Positions 1-9,500 of a stretch of 64,000 nt of DNA are shown piece after piece. The stretch lies in the IMG/VR virus record IMGVR_UViG_3300045594_000287, positions 32,001 to 96,000 of that record. One strand, written 5' to 3'. The number at the start of each line of letters is the position of its first letter. The stretch's first letter is position 1. A program made the translations under genes and the position numbers. This DNA is from a virus (taxonomy: Duplodnaviria > Caudoviricetes). The notes beneath the pieces were generated by a model. That model saw only the letters and a program-made list of their open reading frames with translations, was not told the DNA's origin and did no database searches.

Positions 1-1
1 G

Positions 2-991
2 CTCAATACGAACGTTATCACTTCGAAGCTGTTCACGGCTGCCATGTCAAATGACGGTGCGGTTGAGAAAGATGAGTTCGTCGAGAACACGAACGGCAAG
101 TTCCCTCAGGTTTATACGGAGAAGTTCAGCCTGGCAGCAGATCGCTCGATCGGTTATGACTACAGCCTGTACATCCCGTATCGCACGACTGATAACTTCG
201 CACGTCAGCTGGCACAGCACTGCACGTACACGGAGCTGAAAACGACTCCGACGTTCGGCTTCATTGGCTGCCAGCGTATGACCAACGTTGGTCTGAAGAG
301 CGTTTCTGATAAGGTAACGGATCTGCTCGAGATGGACTTCGACCTTTATGCCAAGACGAACTCCGGCCGCGACATCCTGGACCGCCAGAATCGCCCGTAT
401 CCGATCGGCAAAAACGTATCCATCGTATTCGCTCAGTATGCGGTTCCAATGACGGATTATAACTACACGTACAGCGCTACTGGTGCTGCTGGTTATGCCG
501 GCATGGTATCCACTCTTCCACTCGACCAGAGCTCCACGGCTCAGGCCATTGCGATCGACTCCACGAACTTCTCGCTCACTCAGTATCAGCTGGGCAAGCT
601 CACTTCGAAGGGCATCGTAACCATGCGTAAGAGCTTCTCGAAAGGTATCGTCGTAACTGATGGTATCACGATGGCTCCATCCGATTCCGTTTACCGTCGC
701 CTGTCCTGCAGCCGTATCGTTGGTTCCATCGAGGAATTGATCCGTGCAGCAGCAGAGCCATTCATCGGTAAGCAGAACCATACGGCAAACCGTAACGCAC
801 TGCATACGGCAATCAAGTCGAAGCTCGACAAGATCGTTGGTACTCTCGTCGAGAAGTACAACTTCACGATGAATACAGATACTCGCATCGAGAAGTTCAA
901 TTACATCGATATCACGTATCAGATCGTTCCGATCTATGAGATCCGTGAGATTCGTAACACGATCCAGGTAAAGGATAACCTCACTGTATGA
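2..991 (+). CDS. Contractile tail sheath protein, C-terminal part (5'-truncated by the window edge)
   Basis: The frame is open from position 2 (LNTNVITSKLFTAA precedes the ATG at 44). The C-terminus resembles a sheath domain (YAGMVSTLPLDQSST, DGITMA..SVYRRLS..RIV...IRAAAEPFIGK, IDITYQIVPIYEIREI). It lies directly upstream of the tube gene and has strongly biased codon usage. Confidence 0.85.
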   Translation, partial: LNTNVITSKLFTAAMSNDGAVEKDEFVENTNGKFPQVYTEKFSLAADRSIGYDYSLYIPYRTTDNFARQLAQHCTYTELKTTPTFGFIGCQRMTNVGLKSVSDKVTDLLEMDFDLYAKTNSGRDILDRQNRPYPIGKNVSIVFAQYAVPMTDYNYTYSATGAAGYAGMVSTLPLDQSSTAQAIAIDSTNFSLTQYQLGKLTSKGIVTMRKSFSKGIVVTDGITMAPSDSVYRRLSCSRIVGSIEELIRAAAEPFIGKQNHTANRNALHTAIKSKLDKIVGTLVEKYNFTMNTDTRIEKFNYIDITYQIVPIYEIREIRNTIQVKDNLTV

Positions 992-996
992 TGTCC

Positions 997-1016
997 GGGG
1001 GCTCTACGCCCCCTTT
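997..1016 (+). terminator. GC-rich hairpin between sheath and tube genes (weak terminator or RNA stability element)
   Basis: GGGGGC-TCTAC-GCCCCC followed by a short TTT. Confidence 0.5.
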
Positions 1017-1048
1017 CATTATAAATCTTATAAGGAGTTGACATAATA

Positions 1049-1687
1049 ATGGCAAATAACACAGTTGCTACTGAGTACACGAAGACTTATACCTCGTTTA
1101 GTGGTTGCGACATTGTATGCACATTCGGTAACACCGTTATCGGTGAGCTGCAGGCCATAACTTATCATGTACAGCGTGAGAAAGCACCTATCTATACGAT
1201 GGGTTCAGCTGAGCCGCGTTCGTTCTCTCGTGGTAAGCGTGGTATCGCAGGCACTCTGGTGTTTACGATCTTTGACCGTGATGCACTGATCGAAGGTTTA
1301 AAGGAGCATATCGCCAGCGAACAGTCCTTCCAGCGCATTGGTAAGGATCTTAATATGCAGGCAATCACGATTGATCAGTGGGATAGCCAGATGACCGACA
1401 TGGCATCTGCAGGTATCTCCGGTTCGAATTCGCAGAACGCGGAAGAGATCACGAAGAACGTTGCAGCAACGACTACTCCAGCATATGCGGATGAGATTCC
1501 TCCATTTGATATCACTGTATCGTTCGCGAATGAGTACGGCCAGAAGGCTACTCTGGTTCTGTACGGCGTTGAGATCCTGAACGAAGGCTCTGGCTTCTCA
1601 ATCGATAACGTAACATCTGAGAAGGCATGCACATTCGTTGCTCGTAAGGTTGAGTATATGAAGCCTGTCGACAAAGACTCGAACTAA
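1049..1687 (+). CDS. Major tail tube protein
   Basis: Follows the sheath gene with an AAGGAG RBS. Motifs SFSGCDIV, GELQAITY, REKAPIYTMG...RGKRGIAGTLVF and DEIPPFDITVSFANEYG resemble tube proteins of large Bacillota myophages. Codon bias is strong. Confidence 0.8.
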   Translation: MANNTVATEYTKTYTSFSGCDIVCTFGNTVIGELQAITYHVQREKAPIYTMGSAEPRSFSRGKRGIAGTLVFTIFDRDALIEGLKEHIASEQSFQRIGKDLNMQAITIDQWDSQMTDMASAGISGSNSQNAEEITKNVAATTTPAYADEIPPFDITVSFANEYGQKATLVLYGVEILNEGSGFSIDNVTSEKACTFVARKVEYMKPVDKDSN

Positions 1688-1707
1688 ATTACACCCCGTA
1701 AAAGGGT

Positions 1708-1750
1708 AATAGGAAGGTTGAGGATATAATCCTTGACCTTCCTATTTTTT
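1708..1750 (+). terminator. Rho-independent terminator after the tube gene
   Basis: AATAGGAAGGTTGAGGAT-ATA-ATCCTTGACCTTCCTATT stem followed by a T run. Confidence 0.85.
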
Positions 1751-1760
1751 ATAAAAAAGA

Positions 1761-1781
1761 TTTAGTCGTTTGTCGACTAAT
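1761..1781. promoter_or_regulatory. Palindromic protein-binding site, copy 1 (TTTAGTCG-N5-CGACTAA)
   Basis: TTTAGTCGTTTGTCGACTAAT; the same motif occurs twice at 21751-21811. Confidence 0.6.
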
Positions 1782-1800
1782 TTCAGAAAAGAGGTTAAGC

Positions 1801-2709
1801 ATGATTGCTTCAGACTTAAAAAGCGGTCGAGTTGGAAACTCCATGAGCATATATGGCGATACATATACAACTTTTTCCGGCCATGATATGGTGTGCTCAT
1901 TTGAGCTCCCCCTACCGACTGGCGGAACTTTATTTAAAATCATAGGAGCGCTTCAGACTGTAACCTATTCAATCCATAATGAAAAAACTCCTGTGCGATG
2001 CGTAGGAGATATGAATCCAAAAGGCTATGTTTTTGGAACAAGAACTATTGCCGGCACGCTGATCTTCACTGTGTTCAATAAACATTGGGCAAAAGAAATG
2101 ATGGAAGAATATCTAAAAAATGCAGAAGTTGATGCACACATGCTTACAGATGAACTTCCACCATTCAATATAACTGTAAGCTGTGCAAATGAATATGGAG
2201 CCGAGGCCAGGTTGGCAATATATGGAGTAACTATTGTCAATGAGGGACAAGTTATGAGTATCAATGACGTGTATACGGAAAATACTTATCAGTTTTTCGC
2301 GACAGATGTTGACTACATGACGGACGTGACCAATATTGCTTCAGGAGGTTCGTCAGGAGGAAGAAATAACAGCCTCCCACCCATTGTCACTCCAAAAGGA
2401 AGAACGCCAGACAAACCAACTCCGGTAGAAAATCCATCATACGATGATGACAAGGGAAGCAAACCGAAAGTTCCTGACACAGACCCATTGAAACCATCAT
2501 CTTCAGCAAAAGACTGGCCAGCAACAGAAGAGGAAGCTATGAATGAAGCACAAAATAGCTACGACGAGAGATTGAAAAAGATTCAGGTTGATTTTACCCA
2601 GGGAAATATCAATGCGACTGAAGCACGAAGGCAGCAGTTGATGCTGCAACGAGCACTTAAAATCACCCAGACGGCCATTCGGCATCATTACGAAGGAGAG
2701 TTAGCATGA
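1801..2709 (+). CDS. Tail tube-fold paralog (tube initiator-like) with Pro-rich linker and helical C-terminus
   Basis: The N-terminal ~180 aa align by eye with 1049..1687 (TFSGHDMV, GALQTVTYS, RTIAGTLIFTVF, DELPPFNITVSCANEYG). Confidence 0.75.
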   Translation: MIASDLKSGRVGNSMSIYGDTYTTFSGHDMVCSFELPLPTGGTLFKIIGALQTVTYSIHNEKTPVRCVGDMNPKGYVFGTRTIAGTLIFTVFNKHWAKEMMEEYLKNAEVDAHMLTDELPPFNITVSCANEYGAEARLAIYGVTIVNEGQVMSINDVYTENTYQFFATDVDYMTDVTNIASGGSSGGRNNSLPPIVTPKGRTPDKPTPVENPSYDDDKGSKPKVPDTDPLKPSSSAKDWPATEEEAMNEAQNSYDERLKKIQVDFTQGNINATEARRQQLMLQRALKITQTAIRHHYEGELA

Positions 2710-4589
2710 TGGAATTATATCCATTCTGTTTTTTACGGCAGCATGGCGATTGTATAGAACTGAAGATAAATACTCGTAAATATGGTCATGACACGGTCTA
2801 TTGGTACAAGAGCAACGATCCGTCGAGAATCAATTCGGCACCGATTACGGATGACACGATGATCATTGGCGGTTTCAATGAATCCGGGAACTACTCATTC
2901 TATAGCGCTAAAGGTGCTGATAAGTCTCTGACGATGACATTATTCTTTCTATCGATAAGCAGTGAGAAATATGTGTCACAGCTGAAAAGCTACGTATCTT
3001 CCTTTATCGATGACGGGTATGCCGAATCAGTATTCAGTACAATACAAAAAGAAATGGAAAAAGGATACGAGAGCCTGAAGAAAGAAAAAGAAGACGCGAT
3101 CTCAGCAGTAAAGCGGAAAGTAGATGAAAAAAGCATACATGAAGACGATGCGAAAGCAGCAATAAAGAATTATGAATTACAGTACCTGCATGACATGCGC
3201 GTATCCCCTACCCCTCTTGAGATAGCATGTGACATGTATTCTAAGATAAAAGACCTGCAAGCATTTGAAATATCGACTTATAGCCAGATATTCCAGGTAT
3301 TCGAACGCTACGCTTATTTACAGGCAATATCAATGAATATGGATAACAGGTGCGACATAAGCATTACGTCGGATGCGGCCCCACTACTTACCGTGGGCGC
3401 AATGGTTACAAAAATCGTCCTGGAAAAAGTTACTTCTCGAGGGGTTATCCCCTATAAAACGATAGAAGTCCCATGCAGTGGAAGATATATTCTTAGGTTC
3501 GGGGTAGATAGATCATACCGCATCTTGCTGTATTCTGACAATGAAATGGTATGTACAATGAATCATTATCAGATGGATGAGGCTTGTCTGTCTTATCTAT
3601 GGACAGAAGAAAAGACTCTCTCAGACGAGATAGAACAGGCTATGAGCGATGACATGATGTACGACAATACCGGCATAGAAATGACACATGAAGAAAAGGA
3701 ATACGCAATCGCGGAAAAAAAGAAAGGCGCTTTTGATTGCATATGCTGCCGCCCACGCCTTGATCATATACATTGGAATAAGATGTATTTCTATATCGAT
3801 GAATATGAAATGCTTAACGCATTAGGGAAAAAATTTTACTTAGCTGGAAAAGAATCGGATCTGCTATTTACGGCGAATAATGAACGAAATTCAGAGATCA
3901 CGAACGAGTACGCGAGTATAGACTGCAAGGAAAACTATCTCGACGGCAACATTCTGTTCTATGTAATAGACGGAAGTCATCGTATCGTAAGCAAAGTAAC
4001 TAGGTATTCATACGATGAAGACCTTTCTGAATACAACTATAAGCTTAGAAACGTAGAAATTGATGCTTATAATCAGCGTATACAGAACATCTTAAAAGTA
4101 CAGGCACCATATGCTAAGAATACGGTGGAAAAGTTATTGGATAACGCCAGAGGTGATGAGACTATTTCAGTTGATGGCCTATGGAAATACCTTATATCAT
4201 CCATCAGCGGTGACAATTCTTTCACTGAAGACAAGATTAAGGTATACCATGCATTACTTGAAGATCTGTCCGTAAATTCTACGTGTGATGCTGACTTTTT
4301 TGATTCTGGAGTGCTATATTCACACGCTACAGATATCTATGCATTCCCCGGGAAGAAAAAACCATACGCATTGGCCGTATACGCATTCAATGATTCTGAT
4401 TCTACGATTCATTCTTGGTTTTATCCGTCATTCAACGCATCGATTGACATCCAGGCGCGTCAATATGATTGCTATATCATGTTTGCGATCGACTCAGAAA
4501 CATACAAACGTTCTGGTTTTATACTGGCAAAAACAAATAAGAAGGACCATAGAATATACAATTACAATATAGGAATCGAGATGAGTTAA
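2706..4589 (+). CDS. Hypothetical protein in tail operon (627 aa)
   Basis: Long ORF with GGAG RBS and ATGA overlap with the upstream stop; no recognisable motif. Confidence 0.7.
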   Translation: MMELYPFCFLRQHGDCIELKINTRKYGHDTVYWYKSNDPSRINSAPITDDTMIIGGFNESGNYSFYSAKGADKSLTMTLFFLSISSEKYVSQLKSYVSSFIDDGYAESVFSTIQKEMEKGYESLKKEKEDAISAVKRKVDEKSIHEDDAKAAIKNYELQYLHDMRVSPTPLEIACDMYSKIKDLQAFEISTYSQIFQVFERYAYLQAISMNMDNRCDISITSDAAPLLTVGAMVTKIVLEKVTSRGVIPYKTIEVPCSGRYILRFGVDRSYRILLYSDNEMVCTMNHYQMDEACLSYLWTEEKTLSDEIEQAMSDDMMYDNTGIEMTHEEKEYAIAEKKKGAFDCICCRPRLDHIHWNKMYFYIDEYEMLNALGKKFYLAGKESDLLFTANNERNSEITNEYASIDCKENYLDGNILFYVIDGSHRIVSKVTRYSYDEDLSEYNYKLRNVEIDAYNQRIQNILKVQAPYAKNTVEKLLDNARGDETISVDGLWKYLISSISGDNSFTEDKIKVYHALLEDLSVNSTCDADFFDSGVLYSHATDIYAFPGKKKPYALAVYAFNDSDSTIHSWFYPSFNASIDIQARQYDCYIMFAIDSETYKRSGFILAKTNKKDHRIYNYNIGIEMS

Positions 4590-5240
4590 ATGGGCACAGT
4601 ATCAAAGACATTGGATAAACGTCCTATCCATACTCCATATATAACCACATATGACCGTGTAAAAACCGCTAATGGCTTCAAGGAAAGTAGTGCATATCTG
4701 AAAAGATATTATTCTATGATCGATGCAGAAATCTACTTTGGAGATTTTTATGTGGAAGATGTCATAGACCTTGATTGGGCACTCGTTCAAAATACGCAAC
4801 CTCTGTATGGATATAACTCTTACATCTATGATGAAGTCGCTCAAGGGTCAAGACATGTAAGTGGCAAGTTCAGTATCGCTTTCTCCTCCCCTAATTATCT
4901 GAACAAAATCCTGGAGCAGGCAAAAGAAGATCCTATCACGACAATGAGTTCCTATGTTATCCCGGCACACGAACGAGTAACGGACCACATCGAAGGTGCA
5001 ATAAATAAGAATCTTGAAGGCGAAATAGACAATCCTAAACATAATTGTATATGGCCACAAACATTTGATATCGATATCATCTATGGACAGAAAACTGGCG
5101 TTGGCGATCCGGTACATGTAGTACTTCAAGGGGTCAAACTTGTCGGAGTACAAAGCAGCGTAAGCGGAGAATCAAGCAGGGCTCCGCAGATAGAAGAAAT
5201 ATATACTTTCGTAGCACAAGATATCAAAACGATTGCTTGA
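4590..5240 (+). CDS. Third tail tube-fold protein (baseplate tube initiator-like)
   Basis: YYSMIDAEIYFG, QPLYGYNSY..DEVAQGSR.VSGKFSI, FDIDIIYG and IEEIYTFVAQD echo the tube fold. Confidence 0.65.
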   Translation: MGTVSKTLDKRPIHTPYITTYDRVKTANGFKESSAYLKRYYSMIDAEIYFGDFYVEDVIDLDWALVQNTQPLYGYNSYIYDEVAQGSRHVSGKFSIAFSSPNYLNKILEQAKEDPITTMSSYVIPAHERVTDHIEGAINKNLEGEIDNPKHNCIWPQTFDIDIIYGQKTGVGDPVHVVLQGVKLVGVQSSVSGESSRAPQIEEIYTFVAQDIKTIA

Positions 5241-5292
5241 TAGGTAATATACATTTTGAAAACATTATTAAAAATAGTTGGAGGGTTTTAAC

Positions 5293-5694
5293 ATGAAAAT
5301 CAGTAAACACGAAAACAATACGGCCAAGCCAGAACGGAAAATGGAAGCACCAGTTATCGAAAAAGCAAAAAATGTCGGCGCAGTATCCCAGGAGCAGATT
5401 GATGCATGGAAACGCGAATATGGCAAGGTATTCCGGTCTGTTATCGGCAAGGATGTCGTTATCTGGAGACGTCTAAAGCGCAGCGAGTATATCACGGCAA
5501 TGACGGCTGAAGACCTCAGCGAAGACCCAGAAGTACGCATCTATCAACGCCAAGAGAGCGTCCTTAAGGCAGTATGCCTGTATCCGAGTAATATTGATGA
5601 GCTCATTGAATCGGAAGGCTGCCTGGCAACAAATCTCGGTGGCGAGATCATGGATTGTTCCGGCTTTGCAATGCCGAAGACGGACGAAATCTAA
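5293..5694 (+). CDS. Tail assembly chaperone 1
   Basis: GGAGG RBS before the ATG at 5293. QEQIDAWKREYGKVF...IWRRLKRSEY is chaperone-like, and the gene sits between the tube genes and the tape measure candidate. Confidence 0.7.
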   Translation: MKISKHENNTAKPERKMEAPVIEKAKNVGAVSQEQIDAWKREYGKVFRSVIGKDVVIWRRLKRSEYITAMTAEDLSEDPEVRIYQRQESVLKAVCLYPSNIDELIESEGCLATNLGGEIMDCSGFAMPKTDEI

Positions 5695-5708
5695 GGAAGT
5701 GTGGAATC

Positions 5709-6500
5709 GTGAAAATTACCAGCGACATGAAATCAGCTATAGACCAAGTTGATTACAACGCCCTATATCTGAAATTCTGCGAGAAGTATCGCAACGTTTT
5801 TACATTCCATATCGATGATGAGATTTTTATCTACCGTGCACTCGGCCGACAAGAATACCGTGAAATACTGGATGATGACCGCTTTGACCAGTATCGCAAG
5901 GAAGAGCTCATCTGCGATCAATGTTTACTCTATCCGGAAGATTATGACTGGGATAACTGTCCCGCAGGCGTGCCTACGGCTCTCAAGAAGAATATCCTGG
6001 AGAAGTCTTACCTGGACGATCTTGAACGAAGACATTCTCTACATAATTTTTATCGTTCCGAGATGTATGATCTCGATAACCAGATCACTTGCATCATCAA
6101 TGAGGCTTTTCCTCAATTTGATATTGAATCGATAGAACAGTGGGACGTCGAAAAAACGACGAAGTACCTGAGCCGTGCAGAATGGAAACTCCATAACCTG
6201 CGTGGCCTCGAGTACAGAGAACCTGAAGGAGAATTCAATGGCGATAATAGACAAGAAGATACTGAAGAGGCAGCCCCTGCTGCCGCCGAAGAGCAAACGC
6301 AAAGCAAAAAAGACAAAGACAAAACCATTCGGGGTGGTTCGAGAAAGGAAAAGCTCACCCCTGATAAGATGAAGGAGCGGGCGGAATTCCTTAAGAAGTT
6401 CCCTGAGTTCGCGAATGATGATGCTATGAATGCTGGTGTCGAAGGACTGGCGCAGGAAACCGTTGATGTTGTTGCCCCTGCCCTCAGACCTGGATTCTAA
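5709..6500 (+). CDS. Tail assembly chaperone 2 (paralog of chaperone 1 with C-terminal extension)
   Basis: Likely GTG start at 5709 after AAGGAAG. FIYRALGRQEY...CLLYP parallels IWRRLKRSEY...VCLYP of the upstream gene. Confidence 0.65.
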   Translation: MKITSDMKSAIDQVDYNALYLKFCEKYRNVFTFHIDDEIFIYRALGRQEYREILDDDRFDQYRKEELICDQCLLYPEDYDWDNCPAGVPTALKKNILEKSYLDDLERRHSLHNFYRSEMYDLDNQITCIINEAFPQFDIESIEQWDVEKTTKYLSRAEWKLHNLRGLEYREPEGEFNGDNRQEDTEEAAPAAAEEQTQSKKDKDKTIRGGSRKEKLTPDKMKERAEFLKKFPEFANDDAMNAGVEGLAQETVDVVAPALRPGF

Positions 6501-6516
6501 AAAAGGATGATGGCTT

Positions 6517-9500
6517 TTGACTAGAGAAGAACGCTTAAGAAGACAACAGGATATGACGAATAGAGACACTTCTTTGCGAAGCACTCTGACAATGGCTGGA
6601 GAGGCTGCTGCGGCATTTGGTGCTACAGCAGCCTTTATTCGTCGTACGGGCAATATGCCTAAAATAGCCAAAGGCATGGACATGGCGAAAGATTTCGTCT
6701 CTGCATCTGGCAATTACCTACCCAAAAAAGCCTGGAACGACGTAACATTTACAGATACCAAAAAGATGTTCAGGGATGCAAAAAGTGAACTTGCAAAAAT
6801 CAGAGAAGATTACAGGCTCCATCCTGTTCGTATAGATCCATATAGCAACACTAGTCTCGTCGGTACTATCCACGAGATGAATAGCGTACTTGCAGTTCCT
6901 GGTCGTACATCAGAAGCCGTCTGGAGGCAAAATACAGTAACCGCAGCTGGCCGTGACTTTATGGCTCAGAACTTCGCTAACCTGCCAAGAACATCGCAGG
7001 AGAAGTTCAATAACTTTATTTCTGCAGTTTCTGCGAGCCTTGACGATAGAAGAAAAATAGCGGCTGTCCGCAAGATGGCTAAATTTGATCCGGGCGAAGG
7101 TGCAATTTCCGACCTACTGCTTACTCATATGAAGCAAGCTGCAGCAAGTGACAAGGCTCATGAGGCGACTAAAGACATCACCCTCCAGAATATGAGATCT
7201 GCCAATAAGCAGTTCATGAAGGTAGATAACCTCAAAAAGGTATTTGGGTATAGAAAAGGCCCGAATGAAAAGTCGCTTGATTTTGTAAGAAAACTCACCA
7301 AGGAAGACGATGCTACCGTAGGTGATCTCCTCGATCCAAAGAATCGAGATAAAGTTGCACATATCCCTGGCTATAGAGCCAAAAAGGACCAGCAGGTAGG
7401 CGAATCTGCAATTGAGATCCTTAAAAACATGTATAAGAACTTGAAGGACAAGGATGCTGCCAATCACACGAACGAGGCAGCTGAATTCCTTAAGGTGTAC
7501 GTGGATAAAGGAAGACTCAAGAAAACGGATGGCGGAGAACTTTATAGCTTCAACTCCCCCGCCCATATTCGTGATAAATTCCTTGATTTCGGAGCAGGAA
7601 CACTCCCCGGTCAGATATTAAAACTTCGTTATTTCGAGTATAACCACAAAGCCCCTGTATTCCAATACATTGGATTAGGCAGCAGTGACCCATTACTCGC
7701 AGCAGCGGTAGGCAATAACGGCAAAGCTCGCAGCAGCGAGGTCGGCGGAAACTACCTTCGTATCAAGAACAATATCTATCACATGAACGAGAATGGCGAA
7801 GCGAATGAGGTAAAAGGCCTCGAAGACTTCCGCTATAGTTCTGGTAAGTTTGGTCCTGGAGCTAGAGTGCTCCGCCAGATAATTGGCGATACGAGATACG
7901 CTGATGGAGGGAACTTCATCACAAGGAAGCTGGACCTGTTCAGAGATCGTGAAGAGAATAATGGCAAGGCTCCAGGCAATGGCCTGTTAAGCGTCATCAC
8001 GAAAAGGGATGATGAAGACTGGCGCGGCAATGTCTTCAAGAGATTCCTCTCCCCTACTTTTGAGCAAAAAAAAGCTTTCCAACAAGGATTGATCGGGTCC
8101 GATATCTCATACTCACTGGACTACCTCAACAAAGCCGAGCATATGCAAAACATTATTGCCAGTAATGTATTTGCATTATCTAGAGAGGTAGCTTCTCAGT
8201 TGTCGAAAAATACGACAGGCCGAGCGCAGCAGCTTTTTGAAGCCCTCGGTGAGAGCGACGATGCCAAGATGCTTGACAAGATTATGCACCTCAGCAGCGG
8301 TTCATTGAGCACTCGAGGAGACTATATCAATGCCGATCTGACAAACTGGGTTGAGCAGTTCAATGCAAATCCTCAGGAAACATTGAACATGATCCGGCTT
8401 AAAGATGATAAGGAACATTTGAACATAAGCACGAGTATTTTTGATCTTCCTTCTACTAAGGGGAATAACCAGACTAAAGATGCTTATGAGATCCTGAGAA
8501 CAGAAGTCGCAAAAGAAGCGATGCTTCAGTATGCCAGCCAAGCATCATCTGATGTATCAAAGAAAAATTATAAAGCGCTCATTGACTTAGTAGGCAGCCT
8601 GGATACTGATATGAGTAAAAAGGTTGAAGCAAGGCATATGGCGGCCCTTGCTATATTCCAAGACAAGACATGGATAAACGAGAGAATAAAGGGCGGTCTT
8701 ACGGATGACGGTTACCGTTCTCTTATGAATAATGTAGAGATGGTAATGAACGGATCCAATGATGAAGAGGATAAGTTTGTCAGAAAATCTTTTAAAGAAG
8801 TTGGGAATGCGATAATCTCACCGCTAGAACAGCGAGGCGAAGAACTCACACTTGAAGGACCAGCTCAATATAACTCCTGGATAGCCATGAGAAAGATGAC
8901 TACCCCACTCGACTTTATCCGCAGCCTTAATGACTCAACTAAGGCAAAAGCTGTCGGTAAGAGAATGTTTACGCAGTTCTGGGCCGGCAGGGATAATCCG
9001 GAAGATATAACTGAAGCTACGTTAGTACCATACTTCATGCTGAGCCGTTTATCAGATGCAATGAATACCGTTGGCCTCGGATTCTCAAAAGAATCCATGG
9101 GCAGTGTTGGACAACTGACTAAAAATATCATGCTGAAGCGTGTACTTCCGGCTGCTGTAGCATCTACCTATCTTGAATGGGGCGATGATACTTCCCAGGA
9201 GCTTACCGGCACATCTGTAAGTGGAGCAATGGCCAATGGCATTGCCAATATAGACCTTGCATCCCGCAAGGTAATGGATACTTTTGGCCTCACTGACTGG
9301 TTGAAAGGCGAGAAGTCAATCAACCCGATCATGCAGTACTGGGGCGGCCATGGTGAATTCCAAAGCTGGGCAGAACGCAAGAAGTATTACGAATCCGGAT
9401 ATGATCCGGTACGTAAGGGTGCATGGTGGACATTCGGTGGTGTAAATGAGGCTCGTGGCGGAGAGATCCAATACTGGCAGCCTTCATATGCACGTCGTAT

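Noticed and set aside
5655-5694. Programmed -1 frameshift joining the two tail chaperones (lambda G/GT style)
   Set aside because: The frames are compatible, but there is no XXXYYYZ slippery heptamer in the overlap. The second gene has its own RBS and GTG at 5709 and is itself a paralog of the first.
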